Assembly (NCBI GenBank): GCA_024704765.1
Contig: JAKMXF010000011.1
Location: 541,557 to 605,556 of the forward strand
DNA: 64,000 bases
DNA from: Oopsacas minuta
Lineage: Eukaryota > Animalia > Porifera
Reading direction: 5' to 3'
Shown: piece by piece, positions 45,139 to 55,616 of the stretch
How positions within the stretch are numbered: position 1 is the stretch's first letter
How the letters are laid out: each line of letters begins with the position of its first letter
Program-made: the position numbers and the translations under genes
Notes under the pieces: model-generated
Told to the model about the DNA's origin: nothing
Database searches by the model: none
Seen by the model: the letters and a program-made list of their open reading frames with translations, nothing else

Positions 45139-45881
45139 ATTTCAGGAAATACAATTTCACTTTTAGATTTCATAGTCATAACTGGTTCACCTGCAGACTT
45201 TCATGATAAATATTTGAAAGATGATCATTGACCGTTTTATATATATATTTCACTCATCTTAAACTCTTTTGTTATTACGAGTAATAACCTATGTTCCAAC
45301 TTTATCGCACCCTCATATGAACTAGTTGACCTACATCTAAATTTGCTGTGGATCAGGCGAGCAAGCACACTAGCTCACATGAGGCCATGAGGGTGCGGTA
45401 AAAGGGCAGTGGCACCTGTGAGGGGTCGGGGGGCGCTGCATTAGTTCGAATTAAGTCTAATGTTGATATCAATTCGAATGAATTTTTATATTGAGTCATT
45501 AGTTTTGATTAATGTTAAAATTAAAGCACAGGACAGGCTAAATTGCCAGTTGAAAGGGCTTATATAATTTCCGGAACGGCACAGTCCGCATATTAAGTAC
45601 AGTGCGCATTTGAACGGCCCCTAGCTACGAAAATCGCTCTGTGTCGGGCTAAAATTCTCGAAGAATTTTCAGCCTTGGGCAGTGTTTCCCAGGAGTATTT
45701 ACCTACGAATAATGTTATCAGTCTCTTGGAATAGAATGAGATAGGAGGTTCATGGCTCAGGGAAACTTTCAACTGCAACCATATTCACAATGAAAACAAA
45801 TTTGTCCTTCGAGTAATGTGTTTTATTGCCTCTAATATGAATTATATCTGTCACATTACTTAGCTGTTATTTGCTACAATT

Positions 45882-48062
45882 ATGGCTAAAGATCTAATTG
45901 TTCTCTGTATTGATACGGGACCTTCTATGGGACATATAACTGCAGGACAAGCTGAATCCCCACTTAGCTTGAGTATTAAAATAGCAACTACAATGCTACA
46001 ACAAAAAATATTTTATCCAACCAAGGATGAGTTTGCTCTTGTTTTATTCGGCACTCGTGAGACAGCGAATGATTTAGCTGATGACGATGGCAACTACGCT
46101 AATATTTCTATTGTACAGAAATTCTCCCAACCAGATTTACCCTTATTACAATACTTGCTTGAAGAAGTCAAACATTCTGACATCTCTTCTGATTTTATTG
46201 ATGCGCTAATCGTATCTTTAGATTTGTTCCAGAAATGTTCAGGACGAATTAACGAGAAGAAAATTTACATGTTTACAGATGCAGGTTGTCCATTTGATGA
46301 TCAGGACCAGTTAGATCAGGTTCTAACCGGTTTAAATAAGCATAGCATTGATTTGACTATAATAGGCCCTGATCTATCACCATCTCATGATTCTGCTATG
46401 AATGGATCTGATTATCATCCTGGAGATGGAGACAATAAGCCTGGAAAAATGGTACATAAGTCGAAAGCACAACGCGCTGGCGAAGAAATCCTTCAAAGGA
46501 TTATTTCCCAGGGAGATTTCGCGAGTTTCTCCTTTTCGGAGGCCTTGAAAGCACTCACACATATTAAGAAAACACAACTTCGCCAGACAACTGTATTCCG
46601 TGGTGACATCGAAATAGGTCCTGACTATAAGATTCCTACTTACGGATATCTCCGCGTAAAAGAGAACAAAGTTTCTTCTTGGAAGAAACTCTCCGCTATT
46701 TCTCAATGCTCAACTAATCCAGGCTCAATGGAGGTAACGCTAGCACGAACTCACCATCTAGGTGATGAAGAACAAACTGAAATATCAAAAGATCAAATGG
46801 TGAAAGGGTTTAGATTTGGAAAGAACTTAATTCCATTCGCTTCATATGACCTCAGTTCTACAGCTGAACCTCATCTCAAATGCTTACAGGTTATAGGATT
46901 TTCTCGTTGTGAGTTTATCAAGAGGCATCATTTTATCGGAGATAGTATTGTGACATTTGTTCCGCCTGTAACAGAAGGTTCGCAAGCTTTTTCATCTTTT
47001 GCTCAGGCACTTTATGAAATGAATTGTACAGCCATAGTAAGGTATTGTTTCCGTAAGAATGCTAATCCTAAACTTGGCTGTTTGTATCCGCATATCCGAC
47101 CTGATTACACAGAGCTGTTATTCTTTCAACTTCCTTACGCTGAAGACATTCGTGAATTCACTTTCGCTAGTTTGAATGAATCAGAACACTCTCAAGAAGA
47201 AATAGAGTCAATGGATGATTTTCTTGATTCAATGGATCTTAGTGAAGCTTTTATTGATCCTACAGGTGACCGTTGTGAAGCATTTGAACCCAAATATGTA
47301 CCTAATCCACACATACACAGGATGTTTCAGTGTACTTCGCATCGTGCGCTTAACAAAGACTCTGATCTACCGAAACTTGATCCGCTAATCAATGACTATC
47401 TTAATCCTACTTTTCCTGGTCGAACTAATGTAAAGAATTGCTTAGAAATGATACAAAATCTATGCCCACTCATTGAAATAGGCGATAAGAAAACAAAGAA
47501 AGCAAACATATTTAAGAAAGATATTGAAACAGGTGCTGCACCTGTGAGTGAGGAATTGATTGAGAATATGGATATTGATGAGGCACTGTCAAGTGACGTA
47601 TCCAAAGTAGGTAGTATTAATCCTGTTAAAGATTTTGAAGAGCTCTCAAAGAAGCATGGGATGTTCCGTCTAGCTTGCGAACAAATGCAAGAGTGTATTA
47701 TTTCGCTCATAAAGGAAAGTTTCAGTGATCAAAATTACCCGAAAGCGATTTCGTGTATTGAATCCTATCGTGAAGTATGCGTTAAATTTAAACAGCCCGC
47801 AATGTTGAATAAGTTCTTACAATCTTTTCGTAATAAGATTATTGGTAGTTCTGATAATCCTAGAGATCAGAGACATCAAGCCTTTTTAACGTTACTAGTT
47901 AAAGAGGATATTACACTAATATCTAAGAATGAATGTGATTGTGACGTTACTCTTGAAGAAGCTAGATTATTTCTGCAGACATTACACTCAATTTCTACTG
48001 AAGTGGATGCTAAAAATGAGACACAAGATGATGAGGTAGATGACCTACTAGAGAATATGTAG
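45882..48062 (+). CDS. XRCC5: Ku80 (NHEJ)
   Basis: vWA-like N-terminus (IVLCIDTGPSM, DEFALVLFGT); Ku core (KGFRFGKNLIPF, AIVRYCFRKNANPKLGCLYP, QLPYAEDIREFTF); C-terminal EVDDLLENM DNA-PKcs-binding motif. Confidence 0.96.
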   Translation: MAKDLIVLCIDTGPSMGHITAGQAESPLSLSIKIATTMLQQKIFYPTKDEFALVLFGTRETANDLADDDGNYANISIVQKFSQPDLPLLQYLLEEVKHSDISSDFIDALIVSLDLFQKCSGRINEKKIYMFTDAGCPFDDQDQLDQVLTGLNKHSIDLTIIGPDLSPSHDSAMNGSDYHPGDGDNKPGKMVHKSKAQRAGEEILQRIISQGDFASFSFSEALKALTHIKKTQLRQTTVFRGDIEIGPDYKIPTYGYLRVKENKVSSWKKLSAISQCSTNPGSMEVTLARTHHLGDEEQTEISKDQMVKGFRFGKNLIPFASYDLSSTAEPHLKCLQVIGFSRCEFIKRHHFIGDSIVTFVPPVTEGSQAFSSFAQALYEMNCTAIVRYCFRKNANPKLGCLYPHIRPDYTELLFFQLPYAEDIREFTFASLNESEHSQEEIESMDDFLDSMDLSEAFIDPTGDRCEAFEPKYVPNPHIHRMFQCTSHRALNKDSDLPKLDPLINDYLNPTFPGRTNVKNCLEMIQNLCPLIEIGDKKTKKANIFKKDIETGAAPVSEELIENMDIDEALSSDVSKVGSINPVKDFEELSKKHGMFRLACEQMQECIISLIKESFSDQNYPKAISCIESYREVCVKFKQPAMLNKFLQSFRNKIIGSSDNPRDQRHQAFLTLLVKEDITLISKNECDCDVTLEEARLFLQTLHSISTEVDAKNETQDDEVDDLLENM

Positions 48063-48566
48063 TTTTGTATGGTAGAATTATTAACACAGGTTATTTCGAT
48101 TCTCATAGATTACATTCTCATTCAATCAATACCCGATTTCAATTATACTGTTTTATTTCGTTAACTTGTATTAACACCCTGTTTGTATAGAAAATTCATT
48201 TGATTTCCCTGGAGAAAGTTGCCAACTACATAGTCCCATTTTGGTTAAACATCCCACATCCTGATTTTAACATATCTTGAGTGTTGGCTCCTACCGATAG
48301 TCGCAATTAATGAAATTGTCCCGATTTTTGGTAGACAAAGATCCTAATATGTCCAACCAAAAACCTCAGTGTTCGACGACCCTGATCAGCTTTATCACTT
48401 ATATGATATTGGCGTTTCATAAATCTATATTATTAAATCTCAATTGTTGTTTGTCTGTTGATATGTAAACATATTGTTTTTATGAATATAAAGTACACAA
48501 ATTAGCCAATCTCAAAATTTTACGTACTCGTCTGTTTAAATAATGAATGTTGTTATTTTCTAATAG

Positions 48567-50159
48567 ATGACTGAGAATATCTCATTGAATATGAGTGTAC
48601 CATTCACTCCTAGTGCGTTTCCATTAGAAAATGAGAAAATAGTTTCAAATTCAATTCTAAATGGAACAAATACTGAATTTAAACCTAATACAGATTCATA
48701 TGCAAGTTCTAGTAGTTGTAATTTCTATACACCAGATGGTTCCTCAAATAATTTAGATCTCAACGCTATACCAACTCCAAACACTGTAATCTCTGATGTT
48801 GTAACAAAATTCGAACTATTTAGTCCACAAAATGATCCTCTATTCTCCAGGAACGCTACTGAGTTCATTTGTAATCTGAATCCTCCTAATTCTAGTTTTC
48901 AGATTGGAGCCTCAAATACACAAACTGGTAAGATTGCTCTTCTGCCTACTCCTAACAAAGACATTTTTAGATCCAACAAGATATCACGAGTTTCTGTATC
49001 GCCACTACCTGTGAAATATAGGCGAATTACTCCCAGTGCTTGCGCCCCTGGTGAATTGGAGAAGGAAGTAAAAGATTCAGGTAGTTCTAGTACCAATGCT
49101 TATAGTAGTCGGAAATTTTGCCAAACTATTGATTCGAATCATAAGAATCAACGGCCTAGAATACTCGACCTATCGAATGAAACTTTCCACTCATCTCAAT
49201 CAGGATTGGGATCCCCTACTCTTAGGAAAAAGTTGTTTCGACCTTCTACTAAGAAGAGGGTACTTGTATTTTCATGTAACTCATGCTCGAATACCTATAC
49301 TTCTAAAATGAAATGTGACCTTCACATGTCACGACACTATGATGGAATCAAATTATGGGAATGTGACGTCTGCAATCAAACATTCCATTCTAAAAGAAAT
49401 TATACTTTACACAAACATACTCATTTTGATAGCAAAACTCTACGAAGAAGTGTACGTAATATTGCCTTATCAAATACTATATTAAGCACAGCAGGTATAC
49501 CCAATAAAATGAGATCTTCTGCTCAGAAGGCTTATGAATTAAAGAAAAGTTTCCTGAATAAACCAAAAGTTGAAACTGTTGTGACGCCTAAAACTTATGT
49601 GAAGGATAATTTGAATTTCAAGTTAGATGAAGCTTTTTTTAATAGAACAACTTCAACGCCTGTTTCTACTACTAGATTTAAGCATAAATTATCAAGAAGA
49701 AGTATGAGAAAAACAGTTATATCACCAGTCTCAATTCTCACTCCACAATCTCCTGATCTCCCTGAGATAGGTTTTTCTGAGAAAACACCTAACAAAATTA
49801 TCAAAAATAGCAATAGGAAAGTGGCTACGCAATTCACCTGTGATCAATGCCCTAGAGCTTGTTCAACAATGCGTGCACTCAATATACACAAACATATGCA
49901 CAAGAAACTCACAGCTAATACCTCGAATCGTGAAGCAACTCACAATATAATTTGTGATCAGTGTGCGAGGGTATTTGGGAGTATGCGAGCACTAAATAGA
50001 CACAAACATACGCATAGGGGATTACCAATTGACAACAAGTTAAATCGTGATGAAAATAGGTCACTTAATTTCACACGCCAGTTACGTAAAGTGTCCCGCA
50101 GACCTTCTCCTTGTAAACTTTGCGATTTTGGATGTAGTCTTCATGTGTTACAATGTTAG
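48567..50159 (+). CDS. C2H2 zinc-finger protein (four fingers in two pairs)
   Basis: CNSCSNTYTSKMKCDLHMSRH, CDVCNQTFHSKRNYTLHKHTH, CDQCPRACSTMRALNIHKHMH, CDQCARVFGSMRALNRHKHTH. Confidence 0.88.
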   Translation: MTENISLNMSVPFTPSAFPLENEKIVSNSILNGTNTEFKPNTDSYASSSSCNFYTPDGSSNNLDLNAIPTPNTVISDVVTKFELFSPQNDPLFSRNATEFICNLNPPNSSFQIGASNTQTGKIALLPTPNKDIFRSNKISRVSVSPLPVKYRRITPSACAPGELEKEVKDSGSSSTNAYSSRKFCQTIDSNHKNQRPRILDLSNETFHSSQSGLGSPTLRKKLFRPSTKKRVLVFSCNSCSNTYTSKMKCDLHMSRHYDGIKLWECDVCNQTFHSKRNYTLHKHTHFDSKTLRRSVRNIALSNTILSTAGIPNKMRSSAQKAYELKKSFLNKPKVETVVTPKTYVKDNLNFKLDEAFFNRTTSTPVSTTRFKHKLSRRSMRKTVISPVSILTPQSPDLPEIGFSEKTPNKIIKNSNRKVATQFTCDQCPRACSTMRALNIHKHMHKKLTANTSNREATHNIICDQCARVFGSMRALNRHKHTHRGLPIDNKLNRDENRSLNFTRQLRKVSRRPSPCKLCDFGCSLHVLQC

Positions 50160-50972
50160 ACGCCTGCCTACTGTTAGTTATTACTAGAAGTTACGAATCA
50201 TGATAATAGTATTTGTTGAGTTTTACTATTATTATTATTATACGATATATCACTTATCTTTCATATTTACATTATCTTTGTAGATTATTATTCTCCTATT
50301 ATTTTATTCCATTACTGTCTTTATAGATTTAATTTTGATAGAATATACGTATGTTGTATATGTAACTCTATTATAATTGAGTCAGAAGCGGACGTCTACC
50401 AGATTCAATTATTTATTTTGCTGTAGTCACAGTGTTTTGACGAAAATTCCACCTACGAAATTGATCCGAGATCATTTCGTCAAAACAACAGGCACTTTTG
50501 CAAAATATTGAAATTATGTAAACAAGAAAAATCATCATAATGATTAATTATCATTCCACGCATACAATATCCATAAATCAAGTATTTTTAGGGATGAACC
50601 ATATATGTAACCGTTCAGCTCGTTTTATTACACCGCCCGAACCTCCCGTCGATCGGTCGTCCGGTGAATCTTTTGAATAAACCTTATTTCAGTTATTTTG
50701 AGGTTCAAATTCTTAAGGTCTATCAAAATAGTCATAGGTCAACCGGCACGGACCGGTACCCGACCAGACCTGAGCGGTTTCATCTCTATAATGTATAAAT
50801 AATTTGGTAATTTTGGGGATGAATTTTATAATATATTATTTTGTGTCATCAGCTGATAATCTGGCTAATTTCCATAAATTTTGAGCAATTGTGTATATTT
50901 TATTATTATTTTAAATGATGGCTGAAATCATAAATCAGAGAATCAATTTTTCAAATTGGAATACTAACTAGA

Positions 50973-51595
50973 ATGAATGTTGAATTAAACCTAATACAGA
51001 TTCATATGCAAGTTCTAGTAGTTGTAATTTCTATACACCAGATGGTTCCTCAAATAATTTAGATCTCAACGCTATACCAACTCCAAACACTGTAATCTCT
51101 GATGTTGTAACAAAATTCGAACTATTTAGCCCACAAAATGATCCTCTATTCTCCAGGAACGCTACTGAGTTCATTTGTAATCTGAATCCTCCTAATTCTA
51201 GTTTTCAGATTGGAGCCTCAAATACACAAACTGGTAAGATTGCTCTTCTGCCTACTCCTAACAAAGACATTCTTGGATCTAACCATATATCACCAGTTCC
51301 TGATCCTCCTGAGATTGGTTTTTCAGACAAAACACCCAAAAAGAGAAATATCTATAGGAGAGTGTCTAAAAGATTCACATGTGATCAATGCCCTAGATTC
51401 TGTTCATCAATTCGTGCACTCAAAATACACAAAAATGAAATGCATAAGAAAATGACACCTAACACCTTAAATCGTCGAAGGATAACATGTGATCTTTGTT
51501 GGAGGGTGTGTTCTAGTAAGCGGGCACTGAGTAGACACAATCACAATTCTCATTGTCAAAGATTGTCAATTAGCAAAAAATCGAATTGTGATTAA
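50973..51595 (+). pseudogene. Internally deleted, frameshifted paralog of the 48567-50159 zinc-finger gene
   Basis: 50981-51271 is nearly identical to 48674-48965, with a 1-bp deletion just after the ATG at 50973. It then continues in frame into a diverged copy of the last finger pair. Confidence 0.85.
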
Positions 51596-51917
51596 ACTAC
51601 TTTTATCCGTATAGATCGCTCGAATTTATGTCTAATTGTTAGTGAAAGTATCGAATCATATTTTGAGTATGATACACTGTCACTTATCTCTTTGATTACA
51701 GTGAATTTATAGGGATGTCACATACTTCAGGTTGGTGGTTATTATCTAGCGAACCCAACCAGTTAGATAGATTTGTATCTTTCTAGCGAATGCAGGTATA
51801 TACAAGTACATAAGTGAAAATACCTCCTAGACTTGATTACGCCCTGCACTTGCACCAAGGCTTTACATTGTGCGAAAATGAAAATAACATCAGTAATTCC
51901 GTGTATAAGCTTATAGT

Positions 51918-52141
51918 CAGGGTTGCCGTGGGAATTCCTATGGCTTTTCCTATATGATTTCCACAGGACCTGCCCTGGGTCTTATGAAGAACAATGTCGT
52001 ATTACTTACTAAAGGGAAGGGAAATGTCTGTAATAGAATTACAGTTAAGAGAAAAAGAATAAATTCATCTAATGAGAATGCACATGAGTTGTTAACAGAG
52101 AATACTTGGGAATTCCCATAGGTATTCCCACGGAATCCCTG
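51918..52141. mobile_element. hAT-type MITE with perfect 8-bp TSD
   Basis: CAGGGTTGCCGTGGGAAT and ATTCCCACGGAATCCCTG; TSD CTTATAGT on both sides. Confidence 0.85.
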
Positions 52142-53302
52142 CTTATAGTAGTGGCTTTGCTATCTATAATGAATATATTGATTTTCCATAGTTTTATATC
52201 CTGCAGTTTTTTAGCACCATAAGTATGACCATACTGAAAAAATTATTCAATTCAACATTGAGTAATCTCCTCCTACTTCTGTCAATACGCATGTTATAAT
52301 CATACCCACGAGTGTTATTAAGATTCGACAAATCATTCTATTGCGGTATAAATGCAAAAATTGTATCTTTATTCAGCACTCATTTGATTCATTTTGGAAT
52401 ATTGTTCTCATCTAATGCAATCTTATCTTTTCAGTTTTATGCCAGATCAGATGAAAAGACTCTAACCAGTACTAAACGTAATATGTTTGCATTCAAAATA
52501 AATGTTTGTTACTTGGTTGATCTAAATACGCAAAACCTTTGGAGTACTTTTACCGACACAATTCTAACGGTGTGTTCTGTATCATCAATTCCAATCCTAT
52601 CCCATTGCTCATAATATATGAATCCACTTGCGGGTATTCTTCTATTAAGAATACTTACAGTTCTGTCTTCATAATTCATGCATAGATACAAATCATAGGC
52701 TTCTAACGCTGGACCAAGTTGACTGGCTAATTCAATAAACTCCTTATTCAGTTTACTTAATTGATCGACTGGAATTTCTAGCAAATTAAAACATGTAAAA
52801 ATTCTAAATCCTATTACAACGTGTGAGAATTGGTTAACCGTTAAATTGTATGAATTTATGGCTATTCAATATACTTTTTACTGGCTATTGTGTGAGTGAA
52901 TGCCTGATCTTTGATTTGAGAGAAAAAAATTCGTACACAAATCAATAGAGCGAATAGCAGAATTTATGTACAGCAAACTCTCGTTATAACGAAGTGCTCT
53001 GTACCCAGTTTCATTTCGCTATAAGCCGCATTTCCGTTGTATGGGGAGTAAAATCAATTCCTTCCAATCTATACGAGGTAAAGAATCACTTCATTATTAC
53101 CAGACATTCGTTTTAATGGGATTTTACTGTGTATACTTTAGTAGTGGGAATGGCAGAACGATTTACGAAGCTATAATATGTACGTATAACACCTGATTTG
53201 TATGTAAAATATTATGCATAGATAATTGGATTATATTTTGTTTGTACAGAAAAAAATTATTTTTTAACTCATTATATCAGAATAGGAGAATTGTAGTTAG
53301 AA

Positions 53303-54490
53303 ATGGCAGCACGTAGATCGCCCCTACTGATACACAAGTTAGAGGGACACAGCTCTGAGATACATTCCGCACTGATTATCCCACGGGAGGAAGGCATCAT
53401 AACTGCAGGTGCAGATAAGACAGTACGTGTTTGGTTGAAGCGTGAGAATAATCAGTACTGGCCTAGCATTTGTCATTCAGCCAGTTCACCTTGCACTGCT
53501 TTGGCATATTTCCATGAACATAGACGGTTATTCGTAGGTCTTGCTAACGGACTAGTTGTACTGTTTGAACTATCCGAGGATTTGAATAGGATGGAAAGGA
53601 AAATGCTAACTGCTGCGCATCAGGCTCGTATTGATGATATAACATTCTGTCCATTAAATGAGTGGATATTGAGTGTGTCACGTGATAAGACATTTCAATG
53701 GCATTGTAGTCAAACAGCAAAACGGCTAGGTACGCTACGTACAAGTGGTTGGTGTACTAAAGTAGTTTTTGATAGCGAATCACAACTTGCTTTCGTAGCA
53801 GAGTATTCAGGCCAGATTTATGTACTCAAACTTGAAGCTGGTGGAAAATTGTCTGAAGTGAATACTCTAAAGGCCCATACAGGAAGTGTACAGACAATGT
53901 GTTGGGATAATGAGAGAAAAAGATTAATGTCTGGTGGCTATGACCAGACTATATTCATCTGGGATATAGCGGGGGGAAAAGGACAAACTTTTGAACTGAA
54001 TGGACATTTTTCTAAAATAAATTCTCTTTTCTACTCGCATGTGTCTCGTAAATTGATTTCCGCTTGTGATGATAAACAGCTAGGGATATGGGACTTGTCT
54101 ATTGACAGAGATGAGACTTGTATTTGGGAGGATAAAATGAATTGTCAGATTTGTGAGAAACCGTTTATCCTTAATTTCAAGGGAATGTTTGTACGGAAAG
54201 AAATGGGAAGACGCCAGCATCATTGTCGTAAATGTGGCAAAGCAATATGTGAAGTGTGTTCGGCACATTCAACTCGCTTACCTACAATGGGTTATGAGAA
54301 ATCAGTACGTGTGTGTAATGAATGCATGCGTGAAATTAGCCAAGAGGCGGACATGAAGCCTTTAGCTGTATTCTTTGACATAGGTGTAGCTATCAACAAG
54401 ATTGACATTGACATACAGTCTGGTATTATGATTGGTGCATCTAGTGATCGTGTGTTACGTGTATGGGATATCAAAGGATTTGTTATGTAG
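53303..54490 (+). CDS. WDFY2: WD repeat and FYVE domain protein (WDFY1/2 family)
   Basis: WD40 repeats (DKTVRVWLKRENNQYWPSICH) with FYVE finger WEDKMNCQICEKPF...RQHHCRKCGKAICEVCS...VRVCNEC. Confidence 0.93.
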   Translation: MAARRSPLLIHKLEGHSSEIHSALIIPREEGIITAGADKTVRVWLKRENNQYWPSICHSASSPCTALAYFHEHRRLFVGLANGLVVLFELSEDLNRMERKMLTAAHQARIDDITFCPLNEWILSVSRDKTFQWHCSQTAKRLGTLRTSGWCTKVVFDSESQLAFVAEYSGQIYVLKLEAGGKLSEVNTLKAHTGSVQTMCWDNERKRLMSGGYDQTIFIWDIAGGKGQTFELNGHFSKINSLFYSHVSRKLISACDDKQLGIWDLSIDRDETCIWEDKMNCQICEKPFILNFKGMFVRKEMGRRQHHCRKCGKAICEVCSAHSTRLPTMGYEKSVRVCNECMREISQEADMKPLAVFFDIGVAINKIDIDIQSGIMIGASSDRVLRVWDIKGFVM

Positions 54491-54885
54491 ATTATATATA
54501 CTTGTTATGTATTGTAACTTTACAGATTTATTCTATTCATTCTCTATGATTATTTTGTTGAATGAGTGTAATACAATAATCTACAAACTCATATAATTAT
54601 ATAGCATATCCATTGTAATATGCTTTGTGTAGACACTCGAAATACCACACCATATGTTAATGTGGTATGTGATACATTCATGCTCGTGAATGGTCCCAGA
54701 ATTGGATTACTTGATGAATTCGAAATACAGTAACTCTGCTTAATATTTTGGGAAGCTGTAAATTTTCAAATCCTAACATCAGCTTTCTCGATTTTTATCC
54801 AAAATATTTCCATTATATCAATACATACAATGAGGCGGCATTTGCAATACTGCACATAAAGTTGTAAATTATATCTTGTATTTTC

Positions 54886-55004
54886 AGCTACGGCCATACC
54901 ATGTTGGCAACACCAGTTCTCGTCCGATCACTGAAGTTAAGCAACATTGGGCCAGGATAGTACCACGATCGGAGACGGCGCGGGAACACCTGGTGCTGTA
55001 GCTT
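54886..55004 (+). rRNA. RNA5S: 5S rRNA gene (solitary copy 2)
   Basis: Identical to copy 1 over the whole coding region; TTTTT terminator at 55003-55007. Confidence 0.95.
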
Positions 55005-55616
55005 TTTGTTCATTTTCTTTTGGGGATAACCTTATCGTTGTTCCCTCACAACCATCATTTTTGGCAATTTAAGCTCGGATTTTTGTTTTGTTTTGCCAAC
55101 CTTGTCATGATTTCTGTTTCTGCTTCGGTTGTACTAGCATTAGGTCATCCCTGTTTCACTGAACGGAACGGACAAGTTGTATAGAATTTTCTTGAATAAG
55201 ATCGTTTGACAGCCTCCTAGGTATTGATTTCGTAGAATTGTGAATTTTCAAATTGAAGGAATTCAACATATCAAATGTGTACCCATTTGCATTTCATACA
55301 AAACTTCAAGTGGCATAGTATGGGTATTGGGGAATTTTTCCAATTTCTAATTGTGAATAATTTGTATTCTAACATCTAACGTGTACAATGCAAATTACCT
55401 TTCGCTGAACTACATTCAATAGCAAAGCCAAGGGAATCAAAACTTTTTCGAGGGAAACTTCTCTACGCTGTATTGTTGAAATTTGCACAATTTGCCACAA
55501 ACAATAAATAGTGATTGGATTCTCAGAACTTACCTAAACTAACTGTCACTGAAAACTACTCTACAATATTTTACTTTTCAATTACACCTCTTTCCAGTCG
55601 GTACAATAGTTATAGC

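Noticed and set aside
52509-52784. 91-aa minus-strand ORF
   Set aside because: TTG start and no recognisable motif; could be a gene fragment but unsupported.
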